From Candidatus Omnitrophota bacterium (GTDB lineage Bacteria; Omnitrophota; Gorgyraeia; JABMRG01), in contig JBHPDT010000003.1 in the NCBI GenBank assembly GCA_042577545.1, positions 1 through 59,172 of the forward strand: a DNA stretch of 59,172 nt, written 5' to 3'. A program made the translations under genes and the position numbers. The notes beneath the pieces were generated by a model, which was not told the origin of the DNA, ran no database searches, and saw only the letters and a list, made by a program, of their open reading frames with translations. Below are positions 37,301 to 46,369 of the stretch, in pieces. The first letter of the stretch is position 1. Each line of letters begins with the position of its first letter.

Positions 37301-38034
37301 TCCCTTTCATCATAAATCTGAACAAGCGAGTCTTCCCAGTTAAAACAACATTCTTTTTCACAAAGCGGCTCAAACGCGTCAATACATGACGGATCAATCT
37401 TTGCGAACTCCTCCAGTAATGCCACCAATTCCCAAGCTAATCCACCCACAATACCGTTCGAGTCGTCTACCCCTCCTCTACTTAATTTCCTTTCTAATCG
37501 TAAAAGCAATTTGACCAAAACATCAGCTACCTGTCTACTGACCGGAAGTCCAGAAATAATAGCTGATAGTCTGTTGCAACCTTCCTGCAAGGAGTCTTGG
37601 TTAGCGAACCATGTCCGTGAAGATCCACTGTAGGGTTTAATGTATCGCATAGATTCGGTAATAGCCTTCTTGCCACCCCATAATTCCTCATCACTTAAGG
37701 TACCGTATCGCATGCTACAATCTATATGATGAGAAAGCTCCTTATCTTTATCACATAATGGTTCACCATTCATAACCACGCAAATCGCCAGAGCCACAAC
37801 ATGTTTACATAGAGTCCCTCTTTCGCCCAAGTAACATGTACAATACCCCTGTTTATAATTTCGCCCGGAAATGGAGGCCCTATAAGGTTTAGTTCCAAGA
37901 ACAACGGCAGTAAAATCGCCCAATGACTCTTCAACTGTCGTCACTTTACCTCCTTCATAGAGGCTTATTGCGCGCTTAAAAGTCGCCTCATCGGTACCGA
38001 ATTTAATTTTGTTAAAATCGTAGTTTAAATTCAT
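37297..38034 (-). CDS. SWIM zinc-finger domain protein
   Basis: CTCYLGERGTLCKHVVAL fits the SWIM CxC..CxH pattern. Confidence 0.65.
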   Translation of the reverse strand: MNLNYDFNKIKFGTDEATFKRAISLYEGGKVTTVEESLGDFTAVVLGTKPYRASISGRNYKQGYCTCYLGERGTLCKHVVALAICVVMNGEPLCDKDKELSHHIDCSMRYGTLSDEELWGGKKAITESMRYIKPYSGSSRTWFANQDSLQEGCNRLSAIISGLPVSRQVADVLVKLLLRLERKLSRGGVDDSNGIVGGLAWELVALLEEFAKIDPSCIDAFEPLCEKECCFNWEDSLVQIYDERE

Positions 38035-38573
38035 GATTTATCTTCCGGCGATCTCATCGGATAACCAAGATCAGTGCCCCATGAAGTAGGTCCGGCATAT
38101 TCGAACACAACCTGCTCCCTCTTCCTTATTCCCTCGACCCGAGTATCTTTATCATTAACGTACATATCAACAATAACTTTCCCCTCCTTCTCATTTAAAA
38201 ATATAATACCCGGTCTATATCCCAAATCATATGAACTCTTATGAACAAGCTCGGTTCCATCATTTATCAAGAAGGCAAGATTTGTAGAATACCCGCTGCC
38301 ACCTCCGCTATCGCGAATAATTACAGCGGCATCCAGCAACTCGTCTTTATTAAAATCTCCGTAAATAAATTCTCCTTCATAATAAACACACAGCAGCGGA
38401 TGTTCATCCGGATATCTGTATTTACCTTCTAGCAATGTAACTTTCTGGGAATGATTCTCATCTCCAATCATATAAGTCATGTTTGCCAATTCAGCATCAG
38501 GCGCATGAGCATGAACTTGAAAAACAATCAAACAAAATAAAATTAGGCATATATTAAAATAGAGATGTCTCAT
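38031..38573 (-). CDS. Secreted hypothetical protein
   Basis: Signal peptide MRHLYFNICLILFCLIVFQVHAHA. It overlaps the SWIM gene by 4 nt. Confidence 0.5.
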   Translation of the reverse strand: MRHLYFNICLILFCLIVFQVHAHAPDAELANMTYMIGDENHSQKVTLLEGKYRYPDEHPLLCVYYEGEFIYGDFNKDELLDAAVIIRDSGGGSGYSTNLAFLINDGTELVHKSSYDLGYRPGIIFLNEKEGKVIVDMYVNDKDTRVEGIRKREQVVFEYAGPTSWGTDLGYPMRSPEDKS

Positions 38574-38608
38574 TCCATGCCTCCTAATCGCAAAGCATTA
38601 CAGGTCTG

Positions 38609-39214
38609 TCATGCCGAATAATATTCGTCTTCCTCCCAATTTGCGGGGTTGTTTATTATGTATTCACGAATACGGTTGAGATCGGACTCGCCTCGAATGA
38701 CGTGTTCGTAAAAATTACGTTGCCAGAGGCGGATGTCAAATGGCAACCAATTGTTGGTTTTTACACCATCGCAATATTGTTTTGTTGTCATGGTTTTAAA
38801 TCGATGTACAACATCTGATAACGATAACGTAGGGGCAACCCCCTGTGGTTGCCCTATACCATGATTATATGATTTTTTATTATTTTCAGGGCAGGCACAG
38901 GGGCCTGCCCCTACGATCATGATTATGCCATGAACGTGATTGGGCATAATTTGGAAATGATCAATATCGATCCCATTATAAAATTTCGGAATTTCATTCC
39001 AAACACGTTGAACCATTTCACCCGCGTAATTCAATACCATTTTACCATCATGAATATCCCCGAACACACATTTACGGTCATTGACACATACCGTTACATA
39101 ATACGCGCCTTCTTTCGTATAGTCATAATCCTTTAATCGAATTGATCTGCGATTTCCTGGCATAGTCTCCTCAACACGTATGTTCTGTTTCATCTTTAAG
39201 CCAAATATCAACAT
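38609..39214 (-). mobile_element. REP-associated tyrosine transposase-like (RAYT, IS200/IS605 Y1 HUH family) gene
   Basis: YYVTVCV, HUH motif MPNHVHGIIMI, and C-terminal RNFYEHVIRGESDLNRIREYIINNPANWEED. GC-rich palindromes lie inside the gene (GGGCAACC/GGTTGCCC and GGGCAGGC/GCCTGCCC). No terminal repeats were seen around it. Confidence 0.75.
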
Positions 39215-39269
39215 TGGACTTTTCTTTCTTTGCCACTAAACACCTCCCACTATTTGAATCATTTTTCTT

Positions 39270-40775
39270 TTATCTAAGTGATCTCTTTAAATAATCCCTT
39301 CCTTTTTTTGTCAAACGATACTTTTGTAACCGGCTCTTAGGTTTATCAGGAATTGTTAATTCAATATGTCCATCATTTAACAGATTACGAACAACCTTAT
39401 TAAGTTGCCCTGATATTTCCTTTTGACCAAGACGTTCAGACAACTCAGACTTGCTTAATGCCCCTTCCTTTAATAACATATGAATACGATCCGCCAGTGA
39501 CTCTGGCTGTAACTCTGGCTGCGACTCTGGCTGAAACTCTGGCCGCAACTTAGGCTGTTCTTTAGCTTGTTTTCGCCAAATCGTTAAAACAAAAAAGCCT
39601 CCGTCAATCTTAAATTCAGGTTCACGAATACCTACCTTTTTACACCTTTCAACCATGTCAACGGTACCACTACCTGCTTTTTCAATATATTTAGTCAGAA
39701 ATAATGGCTCGGCTATAAGCGGATTATTTGGCTGACTGGCATGGGGTAAAAGTAATTTTTCCAGTGTTAATGGTGGATGGATAGTCCCGGGATTCCAAAT
39801 TTCCAAACGGTCTGGAAAAACCTGCACTTCTACGCTCGCATTACTGGTGTAATCACGATGAGCTATCGCATTCACGATTCCTTCAGCAACGACTTCTTCG
39901 GGTATATCATAATCAACAGGTGCTTGAGGCCCCTTTTCCCGGGTTCCCACTGAACGGTTTAACTTTGACATGACAAAATCAACAGCCTGATCAACTAAGT
40001 CAAAGAGTGTCCCTTTGTAAATCTGATAAGAAGGTATCGGCTTGCGTTTCTCCAGGGTGTGAAAATGCATGCATTTGACTTCGGAAGAAATCATAAATTT
40101 TTGAGGATTATTCCCAAACAACAAGACAGCTGCATGGCTTGGTTTGTCATTATCCAAAAGATTTAAATGATTTAGCGCATCTATCACCGGCGTTGTCTCA
40201 GACAATTTATAATTTCTTGAAGTGCGGGCTTTTGATAAAAACCAACTGATTTTTTCCGGAGAAATATCATCTACGGTCGCATTCCGGCAGGCAGACGCGT
40301 CAAAAGGTCCGGTAACAATCTTGCCATTAGAAATAAGATGGTTTATTAAACTCGCATATACAGACGCAAATAATTCTGGCTGTGTATTAAAGCGTCGTCG
40401 AATTAATTGTTCTCCTGCCAATTGAATCAATTTAGCCATCTTGGGATGTCGTTTAGAATCATCCTGCCCTTTAACGTAAATAAGTCTATGTTTCCCAAGC
40501 TCAGTTGCTAAAAGAAATTCTCTGTGCGTCGGTGACTGCCCATTGCAATCCTCATATCCATATCGATTCCCGAATATTCCAAGATAGACATCACAGTTCT
40601 TAACCTCATTCAAATATAATTCTTCTGCTTGTCGGTCGTTCGCTGGCTGCACCTCAAATAGAAACACCTCAAAAAATTGCCCAAGAAGAGGATCGCCATG
40701 AATACAATCTTTTAAAGTATAGCGCTCATTCTAAAGTTCCTTCTGCACCGCGCTAATAAATATCTTATATTTCAT
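39270..40775 (-). pseudogene. DUF4062 / AlbA_2 (Schlafen-like) / HATPase_c_4 / wHTH protein interrupted by one in-frame TAG at codon 15
   Basis: ATG at 40775-40773 overlaps the XRE stop (TAATG) and reads MKYKIFISAVQKEL-TAG(40733-40731)-NERYTLKDCIHGDPLLGQFFEVFLFEVQPA.... This is in frame with track ORF 39270-40667. Downstream motifs: AAVLLFGNNPQKF and NAIAHRDYTSNASVEVQVFPDRLEIWNPG. Confidence 0.6.
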
Positions 40776-40987
40776 TATGATTTACCCTTCTTTATCGGCT
40801 TATCGATCTCTGCTTCTCGTTTGCTTAAATACTTTTCCACATGATACTGCTGAATCTTGCTTGGGGTTGTCTTTCCGTTAAACCACCTGCTAACTGTCGA
40901 AAAAGCAACGCCCAACTCTTTTGCCAAATACTGCTGTGTAATTTTATTTTCCAAACGATAGAGCTCTAATTTTTTGATAAAATCCAT
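40775..40987 (-). CDS. XRE-family HTH transcriptional regulator
   Basis: 70 aa with ITQQYLAKELGVAFSTVSRWFNGKTTPS. Confidence 0.85.
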   Translation of the reverse strand: MDFIKKLELYRLENKITQQYLAKELGVAFSTVSRWFNGKTTPSKIQQYHVEKYLSKREAEIDKPIKKGKS

Positions 40988-41218
40988 GTGACATTTTCCT
41001 CATAATTTTATGGGATTGATATTTGCATATATTGCATTTTATAGCGCATATTCGTTCGAAAGTCAATATAAAACAACTTTAAATCGGGATATCTCATAAA
41101 ATCTATTTTTGTTCTTATCTCTTTTATTCAGAGTCTGTTGCTTAAGTGACAGACTCATTCATAAGCGGTTATCTTCCTCAACAGCTCCATTACCATCTCG
41201 AGCAGACGTAACTTACGG

Positions 41219-41251
41219 TCATCCGAAAGTGCGGATGTAGATTTTTTTCAT
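41219..41251 (-). repeat. miaB-like 5' mini-ORF, copy d
   Basis: MKKIYIRTFG followed by TGA. It starts 1 nt after the rsgA stop. The following GGATGACCGTAAGTTAC resembles copy c GGGTGACCGTATGTGTAAGTTCC. Confidence 0.65.
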
Positions 41252-41252
41252 T

Positions 41253-42323
41253 TTAGAGTTCGTGTTTTTTTAGTTGTTTTTTTGCCGTCTTGATAAATTT
41301 TCCAAATTTGCGATCTTTTTCTCTCTTCTCAAGTTTACTCATGGAATTATACTCGTTTTCTTTGTACAGCCTTATGTAATTTTTATATTTGTCTTTATCC
41401 AAATCCTGGTTTTTTACAGCGTTTCTGACAGCGCAACCAGATTCATGCTGATGAGTACAGTCTAAAAACTTGCAGTTCTTTGACAAATCATAAATCTCTG
41501 AAAAGATATCTTTAATTCCCGCATCCGAATCCAATATTCCTATTTCACGCATTCCGGGGTTGTCTATTAAAAGTCCGCCGTCTTCCAGCATAAAAAGCTC
41601 TCTATGCGAAGTAATGTGCTTACCCCTATTTGTATGGGAACTTATATTGCTGGTTTTAATTATACTTTTGCCTATAAGTGTATTTACAATAGAAGATTTG
41701 CCCACGCCCGAGGAACCGATGAAACAATATGTAAGCCCCTTTTTAATATCTTTCTTTAAATCAGCAATACCAGTGCCTGCGATGGCGCTAATTGCATAAA
41801 TATTTGTATTCTTGAATCTATCTTTTATTTCTGATAATTTTATTTCCAAATCTGCTTTGGATATTAAATCTGTCTTATTTAAAATTATCGCCGGGTGTAT
41901 CTTTCCGTTTTTTGCTAACGAGAGATATCTTTCGAATCTATTTAAACTGTAATCTCTGTCGGGCGACTGGACAACGAAAGCTGTGTCAATATTTGAAGCT
42001 ATTATTTGGACTTCTGAGCTGCCTGCTGATTTTCTTTTTAGTATTGTCTTTCTCGGTAAAATACTATCGATAATGGCCTGTTTTTTATTAAGTACTCTTA
42101 TTAAAACCCAATCACCTACTGCCGGATATTCTTCCCTGGATGAAGCTGAAAACATCATCTTCCCTGTTATCTTTGCTGAGAGCTCAGACGTCCCGTTTCT
42201 TACAAGATATAACTCCTTATGTTCCGCTATAATCCGGGCAGGAGTAAGATTGATATCCGTAACGGTCTCATGGCTATCTTTAAAGAAACGGCTATAACCT
42301 AAATCTTCTAATCTATTTTGCAC
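41253..42323 (-). CDS. rsgA: Ribosome small-subunit biogenesis GTPase RsgA (YjeQ)
   Basis: OB-fold N-terminus, circularly permuted G-domain (NKTDL ... GSSGVGKSSIVNTL ... DNPG), and zinc motif CKFLDCTHQHESGCAV. GTG start. Confidence 0.9.
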   Translation of the reverse strand: MQNRLEDLGYSRFFKDSHETVTDINLTPARIIAEHKELYLVRNGTSELSAKITGKMMFSASSREEYPAVGDWVLIRVLNKKQAIIDSILPRKTILKRKSAGSSEVQIIASNIDTAFVVQSPDRDYSLNRFERYLSLAKNGKIHPAIILNKTDLISKADLEIKLSEIKDRFKNTNIYAISAIAGTGIADLKKDIKKGLTYCFIGSSGVGKSSIVNTLIGKSIIKTSNISSHTNRGKHITSHRELFMLEDGGLLIDNPGMREIGILDSDAGIKDIFSEIYDLSKNCKFLDCTHQHESGCAVRNAVKNQDLDKDKYKNYIRLYKENEYNSMSKLEKREKDRKFGKFIKTAKKQLKKHEL

Positions 42324-42388
42324 TTACGTTCGGTTCCCTTCTAGACTATTTTATTATAACAACTTGTATTGCTGGCGGTTAGGCCTTG

Positions 42389-42478
42389 TCATATAGCCTT
42401 CTCAAAAATTACACAATCAGTTTGCGTGAACGCCTCCAGTGGCCATCTAAAAGTTTTGATGAAGATCTTGTTTTTCAT
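42389..42478 (-). repeat. miaB-like 5' mini-ORF, copy e
   Basis: MKNKIFIKTFRWPLEAFTQTDCVIFEKAI*. Its ATG overlaps the TGA of the upstream radical SAM gene (ATGA). It shares AACGCCTCCAGYGGCCAYC and CTTACGTTCGGTTC (42323-42336) with copy f. Confidence 0.7.
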
Positions 42479-43932
42479 CGTATACTAAATTTAGAAAATA
42501 CGAATCGCATCAGCTTGGTATCTAAATCAAGTAATCTTATGCCATGTTCTAACCCGATCAATCTTAATCTGCAGTATAAATATGCCAAGTACGTCTTAAG
42601 ATTTTTCTTAACGTTATAATGAATACCTCCTCTGCAAATAGTTTGCACCTCACTCAAATAATTTTTAAAATCATTGCTAAACCACGGTAGTTTTGACATT
42701 TCGCTAAAATCATAGTCTATCCAATCCTCTAAACGACTTGGGGGCACAAACCCAAGTTCACAACATCTATCATATAAAGGCGTTCCGGGATAAGGAACAT
42801 ACATAGACGGCCCGTAAACATTGACGTTTTTATCCCGTGTTAAAATCCTTGCTATTTTAATAGTTTCCAGTGCATCTTGTTTTGTTTCTTCTGGAAAACC
42901 TATCATGAAATGGTAGTTTATTTTAAACCCGAAAGAAATAGCCTTCCTATGAGCTTCAAAAACATTATCTATGGTTATGTCTTTATCTATCAGTTTTAAA
43001 ATCCTATCGGATCCACTTTCTACTCCAAAAGTCAAAGCTTGACAACCACTTTTTTTGATCAACTCAATTAAATTGTTCTCAAAATGTAAGAAAGTGTCTA
43101 TCCTCATGTCAGCATGCCAAGCAATATCAATTTTTCTTTCAATTATTCCTTTGCAAAATTTGTAAACTCTTTTTTTATCAACAAAAAAATTATCTGAGAC
43201 TAAATTAATGGCTTTCAGATTATGTTCTTTTTTTAAGCTCTCTATCATAGCAATTACTTTTTCCGCTTCAATAGCTCTCCATCGCCTACTATTAAATCTG
43301 AGGTTATAGCAAAAAGCACAACGATAAGGACACCCTCTATCTACATTTAAATCAAGAACCCCTCCTTCTTCGCTTAAAAAACTGGAGCCGGGATTTTTAT
43401 AATACTCAACATCTATCAGACTGAAATCCGGCATGGGTAAATCGTTTAAATCGAGAAATTCTGTCTCTGGCTCAGTTTGGCAAATCTTTCCTTTTTCCTT
43501 AAAAGCGATACCTTTTATTTCATTTAGATCTTTTTTATTTCTAATTTGGTCTACTATCGCTGAAAATTTTCTTTCACCCTCCCCTATTACAACTATATCC
43601 ACAGAGTCACTCCTTAAGGTTTCTAAAGGTAAAATGCTGGGGTGTATTCCTCCCCATATTATAGGAATCTGCCTTACTTTCTTTAACGCTTTCGAAAACT
43701 CCAATGCTGATTTAATTGATTTACCAGTCATAACACTTACACCTGCGCAAATAGTAGATGGGGTCATATTGTTTCTTAATTCAATAGGCCAGTATTGACA
43801 AGTTTCCTCATCGATTAATTTGACTTTTAGACCTTTCTTGACTAAGGGCGTAGCTATGTAAACCAATCCTAATGGGCAACGACCCGTTGGGTTCTTAGCT
43901 GCATTTGGCCTAAATAACATAATATCTGACAT
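42475..43932 (-). CDS. B12-binding-domain radical SAM protein (class B-like)
   Basis: N-terminal PLGLVYIATPL and IWGGIHPS (B12-binding fold), then radical SAM DRGCPYRCAFCYN. Start trimmed to MSDIML, which is preceded by AGGAGG. Confidence 0.8.
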   Translation of the reverse strand: MSDIMLFRPNAAKNPTGRCPLGLVYIATPLVKKGLKVKLIDEETCQYWPIELRNNMTPSTICAGVSVMTGKSIKSALEFSKALKKVRQIPIIWGGIHPSILPLETLRSDSVDIVVIGEGERKFSAIVDQIRNKKDLNEIKGIAFKEKGKICQTEPETEFLDLNDLPMPDFSLIDVEYYKNPGSSFLSEEGGVLDLNVDRGCPYRCAFCYNLRFNSRRWRAIEAEKVIAMIESLKKEHNLKAINLVSDNFFVDKKRVYKFCKGIIERKIDIAWHADMRIDTFLHFENNLIELIKKSGCQALTFGVESGSDRILKLIDKDITIDNVFEAHRKAISFGFKINYHFMIGFPEETKQDALETIKIARILTRDKNVNVYGPSMYVPYPGTPLYDRCCELGFVPPSRLEDWIDYDFSEMSKLPWFSNDFKNYLSEVQTICRGGIHYNVKKNLKTYLAYLYCRLRLIGLEHGIRLLDLDTKLMRFVFSKFSIR

Positions 43933-44078
43933 TCTTATCCTCCTATCATTTTTAACAAGGCATATCAACCAATAACGCTATAATTAACCACTGAAAACAA
44001 AGTTTGTAATTTCTCGCTTACGTTCGGTTCGTGTAAAAGGTACTTTTTATAACTCTATATATGGCTACTGAGCTATAG

Positions 44079-44222
44079 CTATAAATCTCTTCCAAGAAAT
44101 GTAAAATCGGTATGCCTGCCCCTATGTTTTGATTTACGAGCATAGCGCGAGTAAATGTGCGGGGGTAACGCCTCCAGCGGCCACCCATAGGTACGCAAGC
44201 AGAAACGCTTTGATTTATTCAT
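44079..44222 (-). repeat. miaB-like 5' mini-ORF, copy f
   Basis: MNKSKRFCLRTYGWPLEALPPHIYSRYARKSKHRGRHTDFTFLGRDL*. The 14-nt block CTTACGTTCGGTTC recurs at 44017-44030. Confidence 0.7.
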
Positions 44223-44284
44223 AGCTCCCTTACCCCTCATAAACCAGGAAGAGTAACCCCTTCATGTAGGGATTGCCAGATGTT

Positions 44285-46279
44285 CTACTTCTGCCAAGAT
44301 TTTGCAAAACCCAAAGCCCAATTTTTTAAAAAAACCTCGTGTAAAAAATCTGTACACTTCTTGCAAACATATTCTTTCTCATGTTCGCTTTTAAATTCCG
44401 CATAAACGGTCGAAACTATATTTTCTATCGATAACATACCATCGGATAAGATAAATATCTTTTCCTCAAGCCTGTTTAAAATTCTTCCTTTTTCAGGGCG
44501 CAATTGATTAATAAAATCGGTCTCCTTAATGTTTATGGGGTAAAATATGGTTCTGCTATCTTTTGTTTTAATTTCTCCTAATATAATCGGAAAAATATTA
44601 TTTAGCTCTCCCTTTTTAATGCGTTTTAGTAAAAACATATTAGAGTAGAGTTGATAACTAGAATTTAGAAAACGCAGCATGCGACGCTTATGACCGTGTA
44701 AAGCATATATTAATTTATTAGAAGCAATCTTTATGCTGTTTGCTTCACATTCAGCCTTAAACCTGGTAAGAAAGGTTCTGCTTTCATTACAACTCATGCC
44801 GCTTTTAGCTGAAAAACTATTCTCATTTTTAATGTTTATACCCCATTTTTCTGGATTTTTTCCTATAGGGGAATTTAGATTGAGGTAAAAAATGTTATAC
44901 AATATATCTTCAATAGAATCAGCGTTTTCTTTCAAAAATTTTACTGTTTGCTGCGCTTCTTTTTTTGTCTCTCCGGGAAAGCCAAAAAATATAAAACAAA
45001 GATTGGCAATCTTATTCTCTGAACTTTTTTTCAAGACTTGCTTAACGATAGATATCCTGATTCCTTTATTCATCAGATCTAAAACTCTTTGACACCCAGA
45101 TTCGACTCCCCAATGGATTAAGCTAAACCCCGCTTTCCGCATTAGGCGCAACAGACTATTATTGTTATAACCCTCCGTTGGCCTAGCATAAGTAGTTATG
45201 TAAATATTGTTTAGGTTATTGTCCAACATAGCTTCGCTAATTCGTTTCGCCTGGCTTGCAGTTAGTTCCTCATTATGGAAAGTAAAATGCGAACAGTTAT
45301 AATTGTTTTGTAAATGTCTAATGATATCGATAATCTTTCCGATACTGAAGGTCTTGAAATTCCCAAAATCAATGGCATGGTGCGAACAAAAAGCGCATTT
45401 TCTCCAGCTACATCCTCTAACAGTTTGCAGAGGTAAAATCCTTTTTGGAGTTAGGTAGAGATCTAAATCAAATTGGGAATAATCTGGATAAGGGAGGCTG
45501 TCCAGATCATCAATAACCCCTAAATCGTTTCCCTTAACTTCACCGTCTTTCTTGTAGAAAACATTGACGATTCCCTTGGGTTCTTTATTATTTTCTAATG
45601 TTTCTATTAAGGAGGGGAGGGCATGCTCGCCCGCTCCAATAACTAAGTAGTTAAAATATTCTTTCTCAAAAATTTTATCCAAGTTTTTTACGTTTATAAA
45701 TGGCGTTAAAGCGCCTCCAACGATAATAGGCGCTTTGGATACTTCTCTTACGCGCTTTCGGATAGTTCGTGTAAAAGTGCCAAAACTGCCCTGCAGTGAA
45801 AAGCCTATGTACCTGGGGTCGCTTTTTATGATCTCAGAGACATAACGATCAATTATTTTTAACTTAGTGTAATTCAATTCCTTAAGATAATAGAAATATA
45901 TTGCTATGAAAATATTATGGATATTATTAAATTTAACTATCATCTGACTATTAAAATAATGACGTGGATTTTTATCAATGATAACATATTGATATATACT
46001 CTTTAACTCATCTTGAAACTGCCTAAGACCTTTTTCCTCTATGGTTTTTTTATATGCTGTGATCCCTATCTTTTTTATATCATTCTCTTTCAAATCTTGT
46101 ATCAGATGCCATAGCTCTTCGCTGTCATTCACAAGCATATCTCTTAAACAACGAGTCTGGCCTTTAACCAAAGTCGTTTTTATTCCCTTCTCTTGGCAAG
46201 CAGATATTAGCATAGCGCAGCCCAGATGTGGTCGATCAGTAAGACTGTCTATTATATAGGGTTCAACTAACGTTAGCAT
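44285..46279 (-). CDS. Large B12-binding-like radical SAM protein with atypical CX4CX2C motif
   Basis: 664 aa. RGCSWRKCAFCSHH has four residues between the first two Cys. A Rossmann-like N-terminal region precedes it. Confidence 0.7.
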   Translation of the reverse strand: MLTLVEPYIIDSLTDRPHLGCAMLISACQEKGIKTTLVKGQTRCLRDMLVNDSEELWHLIQDLKENDIKKIGITAYKKTIEEKGLRQFQDELKSIYQYVIIDKNPRHYFNSQMIVKFNNIHNIFIAIYFYYLKELNYTKLKIIDRYVSEIIKSDPRYIGFSLQGSFGTFTRTIRKRVREVSKAPIIVGGALTPFINVKNLDKIFEKEYFNYLVIGAGEHALPSLIETLENNKEPKGIVNVFYKKDGEVKGNDLGVIDDLDSLPYPDYSQFDLDLYLTPKRILPLQTVRGCSWRKCAFCSHHAIDFGNFKTFSIGKIIDIIRHLQNNYNCSHFTFHNEELTASQAKRISEAMLDNNLNNIYITTYARPTEGYNNNSLLRLMRKAGFSLIHWGVESGCQRVLDLMNKGIRISIVKQVLKKSSENKIANLCFIFFGFPGETKKEAQQTVKFLKENADSIEDILYNIFYLNLNSPIGKNPEKWGINIKNENSFSAKSGMSCNESRTFLTRFKAECEANSIKIASNKLIYALHGHKRRMLRFLNSSYQLYSNMFLLKRIKKGELNNIFPIILGEIKTKDSRTIFYPINIKETDFINQLRPEKGRILNRLEEKIFILSDGMLSIENIVSTVYAEFKSEHEKEYVCKKCTDFLHEVFLKNWALGFAKSWQK

Positions 46280-46282
46280 AAG

Positions 46283-46369
46283 TTAATACTCCTGAATTAT
46301 CATCCCGCAGATGATCTCGCTATCTCGCTTGCTCATCTGACACCAGTAGGTTTTCAAAAATACCTTCAT
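46283..46369 (-). repeat. miaB 5' fragment, copy g (closest to the real miaB)
   Basis: MKVFLKTYWCQMSKRDSEIICGMIIQEY*. By hand alignment it shows about 10 mismatches in 78 nt plus a one-codon gap against miaB 17925-17995. Its last codons CAGGAG provide the RBS of the 664-aa radical SAM gene. Confidence 0.8.

Noticed and set aside
38574-39269. The RAYT gene as part of an intact IS200/IS605 element or a REPIN-flanked unit
   Set aside because: No terminal hairpins, no E-type palindromes and no tnpB partner flank the gene, so only the gene itself is called.
41141-41166. Hairpin GAGTCTGT-N10-ACAGACTC as a rho-independent terminator for rsgA
   Set aside because: The stem is only 8 bp with a 10-nt loop, and no U-tract follows on the minus strand, so support is too weak to annotate.
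36311-41222. GTAAGT / GTATGT motifs right after the mini-ORF stops (copies c, d, e, f) as intron 5' splice sites or group II intron starts
   Set aside because: No intron-encoded protein, no GUGYG...AY boundaries and no domain V-like structure were seen. The motif is explained as diverged miaB codons (..GCQMN..), so the resemblance to spliceosomal consensus is coincidental.
42420-42450. GGCCACTGGAGGCG upstream of rsgA and of a B12-radical-SAM gene (also 44167-44186) as a cobalamin riboswitch (GCCACTG box)
   Set aside because: The block is simply the decayed G-W-P-L-E-A codons of the miaB-like mini-ORFs. The other conserved cobalamin-riboswitch elements (a B12 box of the AGYCMGGAGACCKGCC type and the GGTG..AA.TCC region) were not found nearby.
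29270-46369. The boundary repeats as a CRISPR array or integron attC cassette array
   Set aside because: The repeats are 45-210 bp and diverged. They are separated by 1.5-11 kb of multi-gene operons rather than by 30-40-bp spacers or single-ORF cassettes. No attC-like R''/L''-L'/R' symmetry or GTTRRRY core is evident, and no cas or intI genes are present.
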